DNA of 64,000 bases from Marinicella sp. (GTDB taxonomy: Bacteria > Pseudomonadota > Gammaproteobacteria > Xanthomonadales > Marinicellaceae). Position numbers and translations under genes: made by a program. Below the pieces are notes generated by a model, which worked only from the letters and a program-made list of their open reading frames with translations, did no database searches and was not told the DNA's origin. Position 1 is the stretch's first letter; each line of letters starts with the position of its first letter. This document shows, piece by piece, positions 1-8,977 of the stretch. The stretch is from positions 3,328,001 through 3,392,000 of the forward strand of contig OZ246001.1 of NCBI GenBank assembly GCA_965230295.1. Reading direction: 5' to 3'.

Positions 1-177
1 GCTGCCGCCTTGCCAATAAGCCAAATCATGTTGAACACAACAGTTTAGCCACAGCTCATTGTCAGCCAAAGTACCATCAGGAAAAGCACTACACCCATCA
101 GACTCAAATGGCTTGAGGTCTCCAGCTGCAGCCAGTTCCAATATCAACATGAACCACAGAAATATCACTGCTCTCAT
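1..177 (-). CDS. Secreted phospholipase A2-like protein, 5' part only (runs off the window)
   Basis: Not in the ORF track. Manual translation MRAVIFLWFMLILELAAAGDLKPFESDGCSAFPDGTLADNELWLNCCVQHDLAYWQGGS: signal peptide, DGCS and a CCxxHDxxY PLA2-like motif. Confidence 0.65.
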   Translation of the reverse strand, partial: MRAVIFLWFMLILELAAAGDLKPFESDGCSAFPDGTLADNELWLNCCVQHDLAYWQGGS

Positions 178-207
178 TCCATCAATTAAACAAGAAAAGG
201 GTTGATT

Positions 208-1308
208 TTACAACTGTTCAATCAAGCCGAGTGCATCAGGTAGTCCTAAATAAGCTGACACCAATAACAACGCCAATGCGGCAAGTAAACCCAGCAAAAT
301 CAGCAGTTTCAATGGGTGACTGATGAACCTCATCATGCTTGGTTGCCATTTTTTTTGCCCGGACCTGATCGCCGGAATAGGATTTGCTGCGGTTAAAAAC
401 TTCTTCCAAACATTGGGGAAAATTGAATTCAGGTTTTCAGCCTCGAAATAACTGCTGTGACCGTAATCCTTTTCTTGGTGGTGGTGCACATGGATGGTAT
501 CGTTGAACCCGATTTTACCTGAGGGTCCAGAACCAGGGATGGTGTAATGTGCCAACGGCACGATGTGGTCTTTTTTAGAGTGGTGGCACATGACCTGTTC
601 CACCCTTTTTGACTGGATGATGGATTGCCAATCATAATCAGGTCTGATGATTGAGCCAACCAAAATGATGCGGCCCAGTTTGATGTCCTGGTAAGATGGG
701 TCTTTGATGATTTCACTCAACAAAAATGTACCATAACTGTGGGCGACGACATCAGGCTTACCTTCAGGAGCCTGCTTTTGTATTGCCCTGATGGCTGTTG
801 CCAATTGTTTGATTTGTTTCTTTTGGCTCAACAACAACAGCGGCTTAATTTTGATGTTGCCGTATTTGTAAATATAGACTGGGACAGCATGTTTGTAATG
901 GTTGGCCAGCAACCAACTGAATTCTTGTTGCCAGGTACCAACCGTGTTCATGCCATGTACCACAAGCATCCAGTTTATGTCTCTGGTTTTGGCTTTAATG
1001 ACAACATAAACCGGGAGATTTTCAACCTCTAAATCTTGATCATCGCCACAATGAACACATGTGTTATTGGATTTGCTTTCTTCATTGACCAGCTGTTTAC
1101 AGTGGAAGCAGTACTCTTGTGTTTGTAATTGAAGTAAACCGGCGTCGACCATCATGGTTAATGCAAAATCCAAGTGTGGTTCAAGCATTCCTGTTAGTTG
1201 ACTGATTTTAGCGGATGTATAAACCCCGGTACCTGCTTGCTTATACCAATTTTTTAAAGTGGAGGCTGGCTGATTAAGCCCTGATTCTATTTCTTGCCAA
1301 ACAGTCAT
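208..1308 (-). CDS. wHTH/Zn-ribbon + alpha/beta hydrolase + C-terminal TM fusion protein
   Basis: CFHC...CVHC; VVHG oxyanion motif; AHSYG nucleophile elbow; candidate Asp (KDHIV) and His (GHSSYF); hydrophobic C-terminal helix; GAGG SD. Confidence 0.75.
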   Translation of the reverse strand: MTVWQEIESGLNQPASTLKNWYKQAGTGVYTSAKISQLTGMLEPHLDFALTMMVDAGLLQLQTQEYCFHCKQLVNEESKSNNTCVHCGDDQDLEVENLPVYVVIKAKTRDINWMLVVHGMNTVGTWQQEFSWLLANHYKHAVPVYIYKYGNIKIKPLLLLSQKKQIKQLATAIRAIQKQAPEGKPDVVAHSYGTFLLSEIIKDPSYQDIKLGRIILVGSIIRPDYDWQSIIQSKRVEQVMCHHSKKDHIVPLAHYTIPGSGPSGKIGFNDTIHVHHHQEKDYGHSSYFEAENLNSIFPNVWKKFLTAANPIPAIRSGQKKWQPSMMRFISHPLKLLILLGLLAALALLLVSAYLGLPDALGLIEQL

Positions 1309-1318
1309 GTCAATGACC

Positions 1319-2365
1319 TCATAAACCGGCCAAGTAATGGATGATTTTTTTCATTTCTTTGGCTGACATTCTGGCTTTGAAATAAAACTTATTGCTGAGT
1401 GCTGAAGCTGACATCTGGATGGTTCTTGGTTGGTTGTTGGGGCCGTTCAGGTGTATGTTGAAGTGTCCACTTTCACCTTCAAAAGCTTCTTCATTCATGG
1501 CTCTTCTGACGTGGCGGATACTTTCAACCTGTTTAAAACCACTGATGTGTTTACTGGCAGTGAATTCAATGGCGGCACCATCAGTTGAAAATTTGGTGCT
1601 GTGAGCCTCTAAATCAATGGGTTGGTCTTGATCAAGCAGGTCCAGGTTATCTAACTTTTTAATCGTATTTGCCAGGTCTTTGACAGAGACAGTTTGTAAG
1701 CCGAACAAATCTGTCATTAAATCTTCTGCGGCTGTCAGTGCCAGTCTGTGATCTTTACCCAGTGGTAACTGTATGAACAAAGCCGCTACATGGAATTTTG
1801 GTTGGAACAGAAACCTCATCACGTTTCTTGATGGTGTTATTCTGAATGCTCGAAACTCATACCAGTCCCCATCAATTTCTCGTTCATCAGGATCATGGCT
1901 GGGTGTGCGCAAACGGTCAGTTGATTTTTGCCGCCAGATGACTTCAAGGCCATCTTTGTTGACCAGGCACTGTTGTAACTGCATGTGATCAGGGAAGGTG
2001 AATGTGGCTTTTTGATTCAGGTAGGAGTGAAAATTTGAATCGTTTACCAGTGTTTTGAGCCTGTTTTCTGAATCAGTTTGGTATTGATGAAACAAGGTAG
2101 AAGGCATGTCATAAAAATAAATGTGCTGCTTACCCCAACCTTCAACTTGACCAATCCATTCATCCAGTTCATTGATTGAAATGAGGTTGTTTGATAAGGC
2201 ATCAGATAAATTTTTGAGGCTGTTGGATTTGGTATTGCCAATGTTAATTGGAAGGCCTGCTTGCTTTTTTTCTCGCAAAAACGATCTGATAAACACCACG
2301 CCTTGCGCTTTGACTATTGCCAATGCATTGTTTATTTGTTTGCGTGATTCGCCCCCAGTGTTCAT
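1319..2365 (-). CDS. Hypothetical protein, 348 aa, possible N-terminal SAP/HeH-like motif
   Basis: Long ORF ending 10 bp before the hydrolase start; no family recognised. Confidence 0.7.
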   Translation of the reverse strand: MNTGGESRKQINNALAIVKAQGVVFIRSFLREKKQAGLPINIGNTKSNSLKNLSDALSNNLISINELDEWIGQVEGWGKQHIYFYDMPSTLFHQYQTDSENRLKTLVNDSNFHSYLNQKATFTFPDHMQLQQCLVNKDGLEVIWRQKSTDRLRTPSHDPDEREIDGDWYEFRAFRITPSRNVMRFLFQPKFHVAALFIQLPLGKDHRLALTAAEDLMTDLFGLQTVSVKDLANTIKKLDNLDLLDQDQPIDLEAHSTKFSTDGAAIEFTASKHISGFKQVESIRHVRRAMNEEAFEGESGHFNIHLNGPNNQPRTIQMSASALSNKFYFKARMSAKEMKKIIHYLAGL

Positions 2366-2649
2366 TTAATATTTGTTTTTTTGCATAAGGTTAACATGAT
2401 AATTTATAGCTGTGTTTCAAAACAATGCCCAATGCTCATTTTGTGAAAACTAAATGACTGAATGTTGCCTTTAAAATTTGTGACAAACTAACAAATTCAG
2501 CAATGCTTTTTATGTGGAAAACCGGGTTAAATAAATGCAATTGTGTTTTTATTATTGGGGTGTTTGGTGCCCTAAAAAAATCACAGTTGTTCACATGTTC
2601 TTAAGGTAAGGGGTGTTAGCATAAGGCTTTTTTTAATGTGACTTGAATC

Positions 2650-4854
2650 ATGAAAAAACTGCTTAAATGGTTGCTGGGTTTGGTTGTTGTTTTGGTGTTG
2701 TTGGTGGTGTTGGCCATCATTCTTTTGCCTTTGGTATTTGATCCCAATGAACACAAACCACGGATTCAACAAATGGCTGCAGAAAGCATTGGGCGAGAAG
2801 TGGTTCTTAACGGGGCCATTGAATGGTCCGTTTTTCCTTGGGTTGCCATCAATTTAAATGATGTTTCAATTGCCAATGAATCCGGGTTTAAAGGTGAATA
2901 TTTGGCTTCTGTGGCGCAGGTGTCTGCTCGGGTTAAACTGTTACCTTTGCTGAAGAAGCAAATCCAGGTGGGCCAAATTGAGCTCAAAAAGCCGGATATT
3001 AAATTACAAGTGGCTCAATCCGGTAACAGCAATTGGCAATCGATTTTGGATTATTTGGAGCAGGGTAGTGAATCACCTTCATCAGAATCAGGCTCTACGG
3101 ACTTAGAGATACGAGGCGTCAGCTTGACTGACGGTATATTGACTTACACGGATGCTGCGGCTGACCTGCAAATCAATATGGATGGTTTGTCTTTCTTCAG
3201 TGAAGCCATCAAAGCCGATACCCCAACTCAAATGTCTTTACAAAGTGGTCTGAACATACCTGATCAAGAGTTGGCGGGGCAATTAAGCGCTGAATGGCTC
3301 ACCGAGGGTATTACCGGCAATGGCGGTCTTGAGCTGTTGTTTGATCAACTGGCATTCAATGGTCAATCTGCAGGTGTACCTATTAAGATAGTGAACAAAG
3401 GACCTGCTGCTGTTGATTTGGCACAAGATTCGTTGTCTTTTGATGACATGACAATCAATTATGGTGTCTTGAAGATCAATACACCCATCAGTGGAAGAGA
3501 CTTATCGGGTCAACTGGTGCTCAATGGTCAAATGAATATTGATGAATTCGCTTTGAATGAATTATTGACCAGTATGGGTTCACCATTGAAAAACCAAGCC
3601 AACAATGAAATGTCAGGACAACTGGCATGGTCATTGGTTGGTGACCGGCTGCAATTTAGCAACATTGCACTGAAGTTAGATGATTCAAACATATCGGGTG
3701 ATGTGGATATCCGCCAGTTAAGCCAGCTTAGAGGTCAGTTTAACTTGGGTATTGATCAATTGAATCTGGATCTCTACCTACCTGAATCGGAGGATCAAGC
3801 CAAATCTTCATCAAACGAAACATCTACAACCATGAACTTGGGTCAATTGCAGGGCCAAATAACAATGAACCAATTACAAGCGGCAGGAGTTCAACTCAGC
3901 GACATCACCTTGAACATCAGAACAGAAGGTGAAGCATTGACGGTCGAACCTTTGAATGCCGGTTTTTATCAGGGGTTGATCAAAACAGAATTGCATTTGC
4001 AGCCCGGTAAAGCCACAGAGAAACTACAAATCAGCCACCAAATGCAAGATTTTCAAGCTGGTGGCTTGCTGACCGATTTAATGGGTACAGATTATTTAAC
4101 AGGATTGGGGCAATTGAGTGCGGACATCCGAGTAGATGAACCATTCAGTGAACGACCCTTAAAATCTGCCAATGGCAACATCAGTTATCAATTGACCGAT
4201 GGTGACATTGTGGGAATTGATGTTTTTGAAATCATGCAAAGAAGCCTGAGTTTAATGAACAAAGTAGAAGCAGCACAAAGCAATTCAGAATTAAAAACAG
4301 CCTTTGGGTTGATGGACATTCAAGCCGATGTGAGAAATGGTGTATTAAAAACCAACAAACTGCGACTGACTTCTCCTTATTTTGATTTGAAAGGTCAGGT
4401 AGAAATTGATTTGGATCAACAAACCATCAAAGGCAGTATCAAGCCTATGTTAACCAATATTCCTGATGATGTACTTGATAAAAACTTAGCCAAGTTAATC
4501 AACATTCGCATCCCTGTCAGTTTGTCTGGTGATTTATTGGAACCAGGTGTATCTATTGACGTGGCACAATTGATTCTTGAATCTCAAAAAGCCAAGATTG
4601 ATGAGAAAAAAGATGAACTGAAAGAAGACCTTTTTGATGCTTTGCTTGGCAACAAAAAAGACAAGAAAGAGACAAGGCCAGATAACGAGCAATCGAATGC
4701 AGTAGATCAACAGCCTGAAATGACTGATGAACAAAAAAAACGTGCAGAGAAAGACCGCCGCAAGAAAGCGTTGTTAGAAGGTTTGTTCAATTCTATCAAT
4801 GACAAGAATGAAGACAAGGGTGATCAAAAAGATGACAGCGATGGTGATAATTAA
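2650..4854 (+). CDS. asmA: AsmA family protein
   Basis: N-terminal TM then DPNEHKPRI...GREVVLNGAIEWSVFPW, the typical AsmA N-terminus; beta-rich body. Confidence 0.85.
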   Translation: MKKLLKWLLGLVVVLVLLVVLAIILLPLVFDPNEHKPRIQQMAAESIGREVVLNGAIEWSVFPWVAINLNDVSIANESGFKGEYLASVAQVSARVKLLPLLKKQIQVGQIELKKPDIKLQVAQSGNSNWQSILDYLEQGSESPSSESGSTDLEIRGVSLTDGILTYTDAAADLQINMDGLSFFSEAIKADTPTQMSLQSGLNIPDQELAGQLSAEWLTEGITGNGGLELLFDQLAFNGQSAGVPIKIVNKGPAAVDLAQDSLSFDDMTINYGVLKINTPISGRDLSGQLVLNGQMNIDEFALNELLTSMGSPLKNQANNEMSGQLAWSLVGDRLQFSNIALKLDDSNISGDVDIRQLSQLRGQFNLGIDQLNLDLYLPESEDQAKSSSNETSTTMNLGQLQGQITMNQLQAAGVQLSDITLNIRTEGEALTVEPLNAGFYQGLIKTELHLQPGKATEKLQISHQMQDFQAGGLLTDLMGTDYLTGLGQLSADIRVDEPFSERPLKSANGNISYQLTDGDIVGIDVFEIMQRSLSLMNKVEAAQSNSELKTAFGLMDIQADVRNGVLKTNKLRLTSPYFDLKGQVEIDLDQQTIKGSIKPMLTNIPDDVLDKNLAKLINIRIPVSLSGDLLEPGVSIDVAQLILESQKAKIDEKKDELKEDLFDALLGNKKDKKETRPDNEQSNAVDQQPEMTDEQKKRAEKDRRKKALLEGLFNSINDKNEDKGDQKDDSDGDN

Positions 4855-4888
4855 CAAAGTAATTAAAATTGCCCGAATATGAAAATAC

Positions 4889-4920
4889 CGTCATCCTCGG
4901 GCTTGACCCGGGGATCCATT
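4889..4920 (+). repeat. CGTC-type REP-like palindrome, left copy
   Basis: CGTCATCCTCGGGCTTGACCCGGGGATCCATT; internal hairpin; exact reverse complement of 5343-5374. Confidence 0.9.
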
Positions 4921-4941
4921 TTAATCGAATGAATTTGAAAA

Positions 4942-5210
4942 TTAACGTTCTGGCATTTGTTCAATATATTTTTCAGTTAACTCAACATTATTAATCCAGT
5001 TTACTGTTAGTTTTATTAGTATTTTTAGGTCTGATATCTTTCATCTTCCCACTTTCTGGTATAGTGGGTTTCGTCATTTCCTAGCCATGCGGCCCTCTTT
5101 GAACATTGTTTTACATTGGGGTCATCAACATAGCTATCTATACACCTTCCTAATAGCAAATTCCTGATTTCATTTTCTTTATCTGGGTGTTTCTGTATTA
5201 GGAAATCTTT
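4942..5210 (-). pseudogene. C-terminal fragment of a DUF4145-like gene, frameshifted
   Basis: KDFLIQKHPDKENEIRNLLLGRCIDSYVDDPNVKQCSKRAAWLGNDETHYTRKWED, frameshift near 5040, then ISDLKILIKLTVNWINNVELTEKYIEQMPER*; in-frame stop just upstream and no start codon. Confidence 0.7.
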
Positions 5211-5342
5211 TCTTGCTTGTTAATTACAGGAGTCATGTTTTAATTCATATATTTCTCTACTATTCACGTGTGAACTTGTATTTATATAGATTCCTAGAAA
5301 GTGAATTAATCATTTAAAATTGAGATTATTGAAAGCCCCTTC

Positions 5343-5374
5343 AATGGATCCCCGGGTCAAGCCCGAGGATGACG
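5343..5374 (-). repeat. CGTC-type REP-like palindrome, right inverted copy
   Basis: AATGGATCCCCGGGTCAAGCCCGAGGATGACG, 32/32 inverted match to 4889-4920. Confidence 0.9.
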
Positions 5375-5628
5375 ACTGTGTGTTTTAATAAGGTATATCC
5401 AAGGGCATGACTTGCTACCTCGAACTTACATTTTTTGGCTCAGCATGGCTTCGCAAATCGAGTCCGCAAGTCTAACTGTCCGACAGTTCTCCGTCATAAT
5501 TACTACAAAGATTATTTTTCTGCAAAGTAGCTGTTTTTTGAATAATAAATGATGTATTTATTTAGATTATGAAACTAAGTTAACAAGCGCTTTGTCAAAA
5601 TCAAATTCATTTCCAAATTAAGTACAAC

Positions 5629-6360
5629 ATGCGTCAAATCTGTTTGCAAATTATTTGCTTGTTATCAATGAGCTTCGATTCCATAGCTGAAGTGGATAAA
5701 AAGCGCTACTCTGCCGCCAATACCATTACTTTTAAAAATCCTTCAGTCACCAAGGATTTTGTCGGCAGTGGTTTTTTGCTCTCATACAATGAAAAAACCT
5801 ATGCAGTGACTGCCAAACATGTGCTATTGGAAACCATGGACCAAGGCATCAGTCATGTGTATTTGGGTGAGCACATCGAAAAATGGCACCTGAGGCCATT
5901 CAATGAAGACACAGGTGTCGTTGAACTGGGTCGCCTGATCAATACCAACCCCAAAGAACCTGTGGGGATGGCTTCCTTACAAAACGACTGGTTGTTGTTT
6001 GAGGTTTCTGCCAACTACTCTAACTTAAAACCACTGAAGGTGGCCGATCATGTACCGGATGCAGACGATGAAATATCAGTTCATGGATGCAATTACAGCA
6101 ATCAAGACACCTGCCAACAGGAGCGTTTGTCTGGCAAGTATGTCAAATCGACTGAGGTCAACCTGTTAATCAAACTTGAAACGCAGGATATGGGGCAACT
6201 GAGGGGCTTGAGTGGCGCACCTGTACTCAACACCAATGATGAGGTCATTGGTATCGTGTCCAATGTCATTCCTGATCAGGATCGAGGTGGGGTGTATTTT
6301 GCGCCGTTCACGATCCAGCCTGTTATTGAGTTCCTCAAGAAGCTGGATTCTCAAAGTTGA
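5629..6360 (+). CDS. Secreted trypsin-like (S1) serine protease
   Basis: Signal peptide; triad motifs VTAKHV, NDWLLF, GLSGAPV. Confidence 0.85.
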   Translation: MRQICLQIICLLSMSFDSIAEVDKKRYSAANTITFKNPSVTKDFVGSGFLLSYNEKTYAVTAKHVLLETMDQGISHVYLGEHIEKWHLRPFNEDTGVVELGRLINTNPKEPVGMASLQNDWLLFEVSANYSNLKPLKVADHVPDADDEISVHGCNYSNQDTCQQERLSGKYVKSTEVNLLIKLETQDMGQLRGLSGAPVLNTNDEVIGIVSNVIPDQDRGGVYFAPFTIQPVIEFLKKLDSQS

Positions 6361-6651
6361 GCAATGGAAAGCTGCTGAGCAGCTTGACCCGCCGAGCCGG
6401 TTGGGCAAATCATGCAATCATGGCGGTTTTGCAAAGCAAAGAAGCCTTATGTGAATGGCGTTATAGCACAGGCAATGAAAGTTGGGCGGTTTTATCGAAG
6501 ATAAAGAAGCCCGATTTGAATGCCGCAGTGCGTGCGAGGTAGCAAGTTATGTTCGCCGTGGTCGTTTTCACTTTTGTCTGGAACAGACATGCAGTGCGAA
6601 GCAACTGCTCAGACAATAGTCTGTAAAGGTCGGTTTATTTGCGCAGCAAAT

Positions 6652-6772
6652 ATGAAGACCTGTCAGACCATGAACCAGAATGAAGACCTGTCAGACCATG
6701 AACCAGAATGAAGACCTGTCAGACCATGAACCAGAATGAAGACCTGTCAGACCATGAACCAGAATGAAGACC
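6652..6772. repeat. 28-bp tandem repeat, 4.3 perfect copies
   Basis: Unit ATGAAGACCTGTCAGACCATGAACCAGA at 6652, 6680, 6708, 6736, plus a partial copy at 6764. Confidence 0.97.
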
Positions 6773-6805
6773 CAAGAACATTCCTTTTGAATAGAGTCTG
6801 GATGT

Positions 6806-8827
6806 TTAAAAAACGGCCGCTTTGATGCGGTCAATTTCATCGCGCAAATCGGCGGCTTTTTCAAACTCAAGATCAGCTGCATGTTGCTTCATTTGCTTCT
6901 CAAGTTTCTTCAGTAAGGTACCGAGTTCTTTGGCTTTTTTCCCGGCATATGGTGTTTCACCTTCGGCAATTTTGACCAGTTCTTTGGGTTCGTTTTGTTC
7001 ATAGGCATCTTGTAAATCATGGATTTTTCTCACCACCGATTTAGGCGTGATGTTGTGCTCGGTGTTGTGGTCGATTTGTTTTTGCCGACGCCGTTCTGTT
7101 TCGCCTATGGCCACTTCCATGGCAGCCGTTATTTTGTCGCCGTATAAAATGGCCTTGCCGTTTAAATTTCGACTGGCCCGCCCAATGGTTTGAATCAATG
7201 AGCTGGTTGAGCGCAGGAATCCTTGTTTGTCTGCATCCAAGATGGCCACCAATGAAACTTCCGGCATATCAAGGCCTTCTCGCAATAAATTGATTCCAAC
7301 CAATACGTCAAAAACACCTTTGCGCAAATCCCTGATGATTTCAACCCGTTCTACGGTTTCAATCTCAGAATGTAAATAACGCACCCGAATGCCCTTATCA
7401 GCCAAGTAATCGGTTAAATCTTCACTCATGCGTTTGGTCAGGGTGGTGACCAACACACGTTCTTGTAATTTGATGCGTTTGTTTATCTCTGACAATAAAT
7501 CATCGACTTGTGTGGCCACAGGTCGTACTTCGATGGTGGGATCGATCAACCCAGTGGGTCTGACTATTTGCTCAACAATTTGTGCCTGATGTTCAGCCTC
7601 ATATTTACTGGGTGTGGCGGAAACGAAAACCATGCGCGGTGTGCGTTGTTCCCATTCTTCGAATTTGAGTGGTCGATTGTCTAAGGCACAGGGTAGGCGA
7701 AAACCGAATCGAACCAGGTTTTCCTTTCTGGAGCGATCGCCTTTGAACATGGCACCAATTTGGGGAATGGTCACATGTGATTCATCGACCACCAGTAAAG
7801 CATCACTGGGTAAATAATCAAATAAACAGGGTGGGGGGTGACCGACAGGCAGCCCAGTCAGGTGTCTGGAGTAGTTTTCGATGCCTTGACAATAACCCAA
7901 CTCCTGCATCATCTCTAAATCATACATGGTTCGTTGTTCTAAGCGTTGGGCTTCCACCAAGCGGTTGTCATCGTAGAGTACTTTCAAGCGGTCTTTGAGC
8001 TCTTCCCGAATGTTTCCAATGGCATTCAGAATACGTTCTCTGGGTGTGGCGTAGTGAGAGGTGGGAAATATGTTGATCATTTCTTCATCACTGATTTTCT
8101 TACCGGTTAACGGGTCAAAAAAGCTCAATGATTCAATTTCATCATCGAACATCTCAATCCGTACAGCTGATTTCTCTGAATCTGCTGGGAACACATCAAT
8201 CACTTCACCCCTGACCCGGAATGTACCCCTTTCCAAGATGATGTCATTGCGGTTGTATTGCAGCTCTGCCAAGCGCCGCAGCAAGGTTCGCTGATCAATG
8301 GTGTCTCCAACATTCAGCGAAATCAACATCTGCAAATACGATTGTGGGTCACCCAGGCCATAGATTGCAGACACGGTGGCCACAATGATGACATCTTGTC
8401 TTTCCATCAGTGATTTGGTGGCAGACAAACGCATTTGTTCGATGTATTCATTGATCGAGGCGTCTTTTTCGATGTACAGATCGGTTGCTGGTATATACGC
8501 TTCGGGCTGGTAGTAATCGTAGTAGGAAACAAAATACTCGACAGCATTGTCTGGAAAGAATTCTTTAAATTCTGAATACAGCTGGGCTGCCAGTGTTTTG
8601 TTGTGGGCCATGATCATGGTGGTTTTCTGCACTTGGTTGATCATGTGTGCAATGGTGAATGTTTTACCTGAGCCTGTGACACCTAATAAGGTTTGTGCTT
8701 TCAAACCATCTTCAAAACCCTGTGACAGCTTTTCAATGGCTTGGGGCTGGTCGCCTGCGGGTTTAAACGGGCTTTTTATTGTGAATGGCTTGGCTGATTT
8801 TTTGATCTGTAGGTTGACTGTTTCCAT
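6806..8827 (-). CDS. uvrB: Excinuclease ABC subunit B
   Basis: [27 protein letters not shown]-terminal UVR domain. Confidence 0.99.
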   Translation of the reverse strand: METVNLQIKKSAKPFTIKSPFKPAGDQPQAIEKLSQGFEDGLKAQTLLGVTGSGKTFTIAHMINQVQKTTMIMAHNKTLAAQLYSEFKEFFPDNAVEYFVSYYDYYQPEAYIPATDLYIEKDASINEYIEQMRLSATKSLMERQDVIIVATVSAIYGLGDPQSYLQMLISLNVGDTIDQRTLLRRLAELQYNRNDIILERGTFRVRGEVIDVFPADSEKSAVRIEMFDDEIESLSFFDPLTGKKISDEEMINIFPTSHYATPRERILNAIGNIREELKDRLKVLYDDNRLVEAQRLEQRTMYDLEMMQELGYCQGIENYSRHLTGLPVGHPPPCLFDYLPSDALLVVDESHVTIPQIGAMFKGDRSRKENLVRFGFRLPCALDNRPLKFEEWEQRTPRMVFVSATPSKYEAEHQAQIVEQIVRPTGLIDPTIEVRPVATQVDDLLSEINKRIKLQERVLVTTLTKRMSEDLTDYLADKGIRVRYLHSEIETVERVEIIRDLRKGVFDVLVGINLLREGLDMPEVSLVAILDADKQGFLRSTSSLIQTIGRASRNLNGKAILYGDKITAAMEVAIGETERRRQKQIDHNTEHNITPKSVVRKIHDLQDAYEQNEPKELVKIAEGETPYAGKKAKELGTLLKKLEKQMKQHAADLEFEKAADLRDEIDRIKAAVF

Positions 8828-8915
8828 GGCATCTTATGATAGCTTAAATCTACTTTTTGTAGAAGCGTTTATAGATCTGGTCCTGGACCATAAGTCATGA
8901 TTTATCTCATGTTCA

Positions 8916-8964
8916 TTGACTATATATAAAGTGATATAGTATGCTATGTATTAATTTATATAGT
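8916..8964 (+). promoter_or_regulatory. sigma70 promoter overlapped by two PadR-type operators
   Basis: TTGACT-N18-TATGCT; ACTATAT-N8-ATATAGT (8919-8940) and GCTATGT-N8-ATATAGT (8943-8964). Confidence 0.6.
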
Positions 8965-8977
8965 ATTGAGGTAGGTG

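Noticed and set aside
4921-5342. GIY-YIG nuclease or transposase between the REP pair
   Set aside because: My minus-strand translation gives only the DUF4145-like fragment, and the ORF track shows no ORF here
6530-6557. dif/pdif XerCD site (TTATGTT)
   Set aside because: Only a partial XerD arm; no XerC arm ending in ATAA at 6-bp spacing
6652-6772. CRISPR array (28-bp repeats)
   Set aside because: Copies are contiguous with no spacers, and there are no cas genes
6357-6882. Short ORFs 6357-6542, 6520-6711 and 6691-6882
   Set aside because: They run through repeat DNA or overlap uvrB, with no SD or recognisable motif
8828-8915. LexA SOS box upstream of uvrB
   Set aside because: No CTGT-N8-ACAG visible
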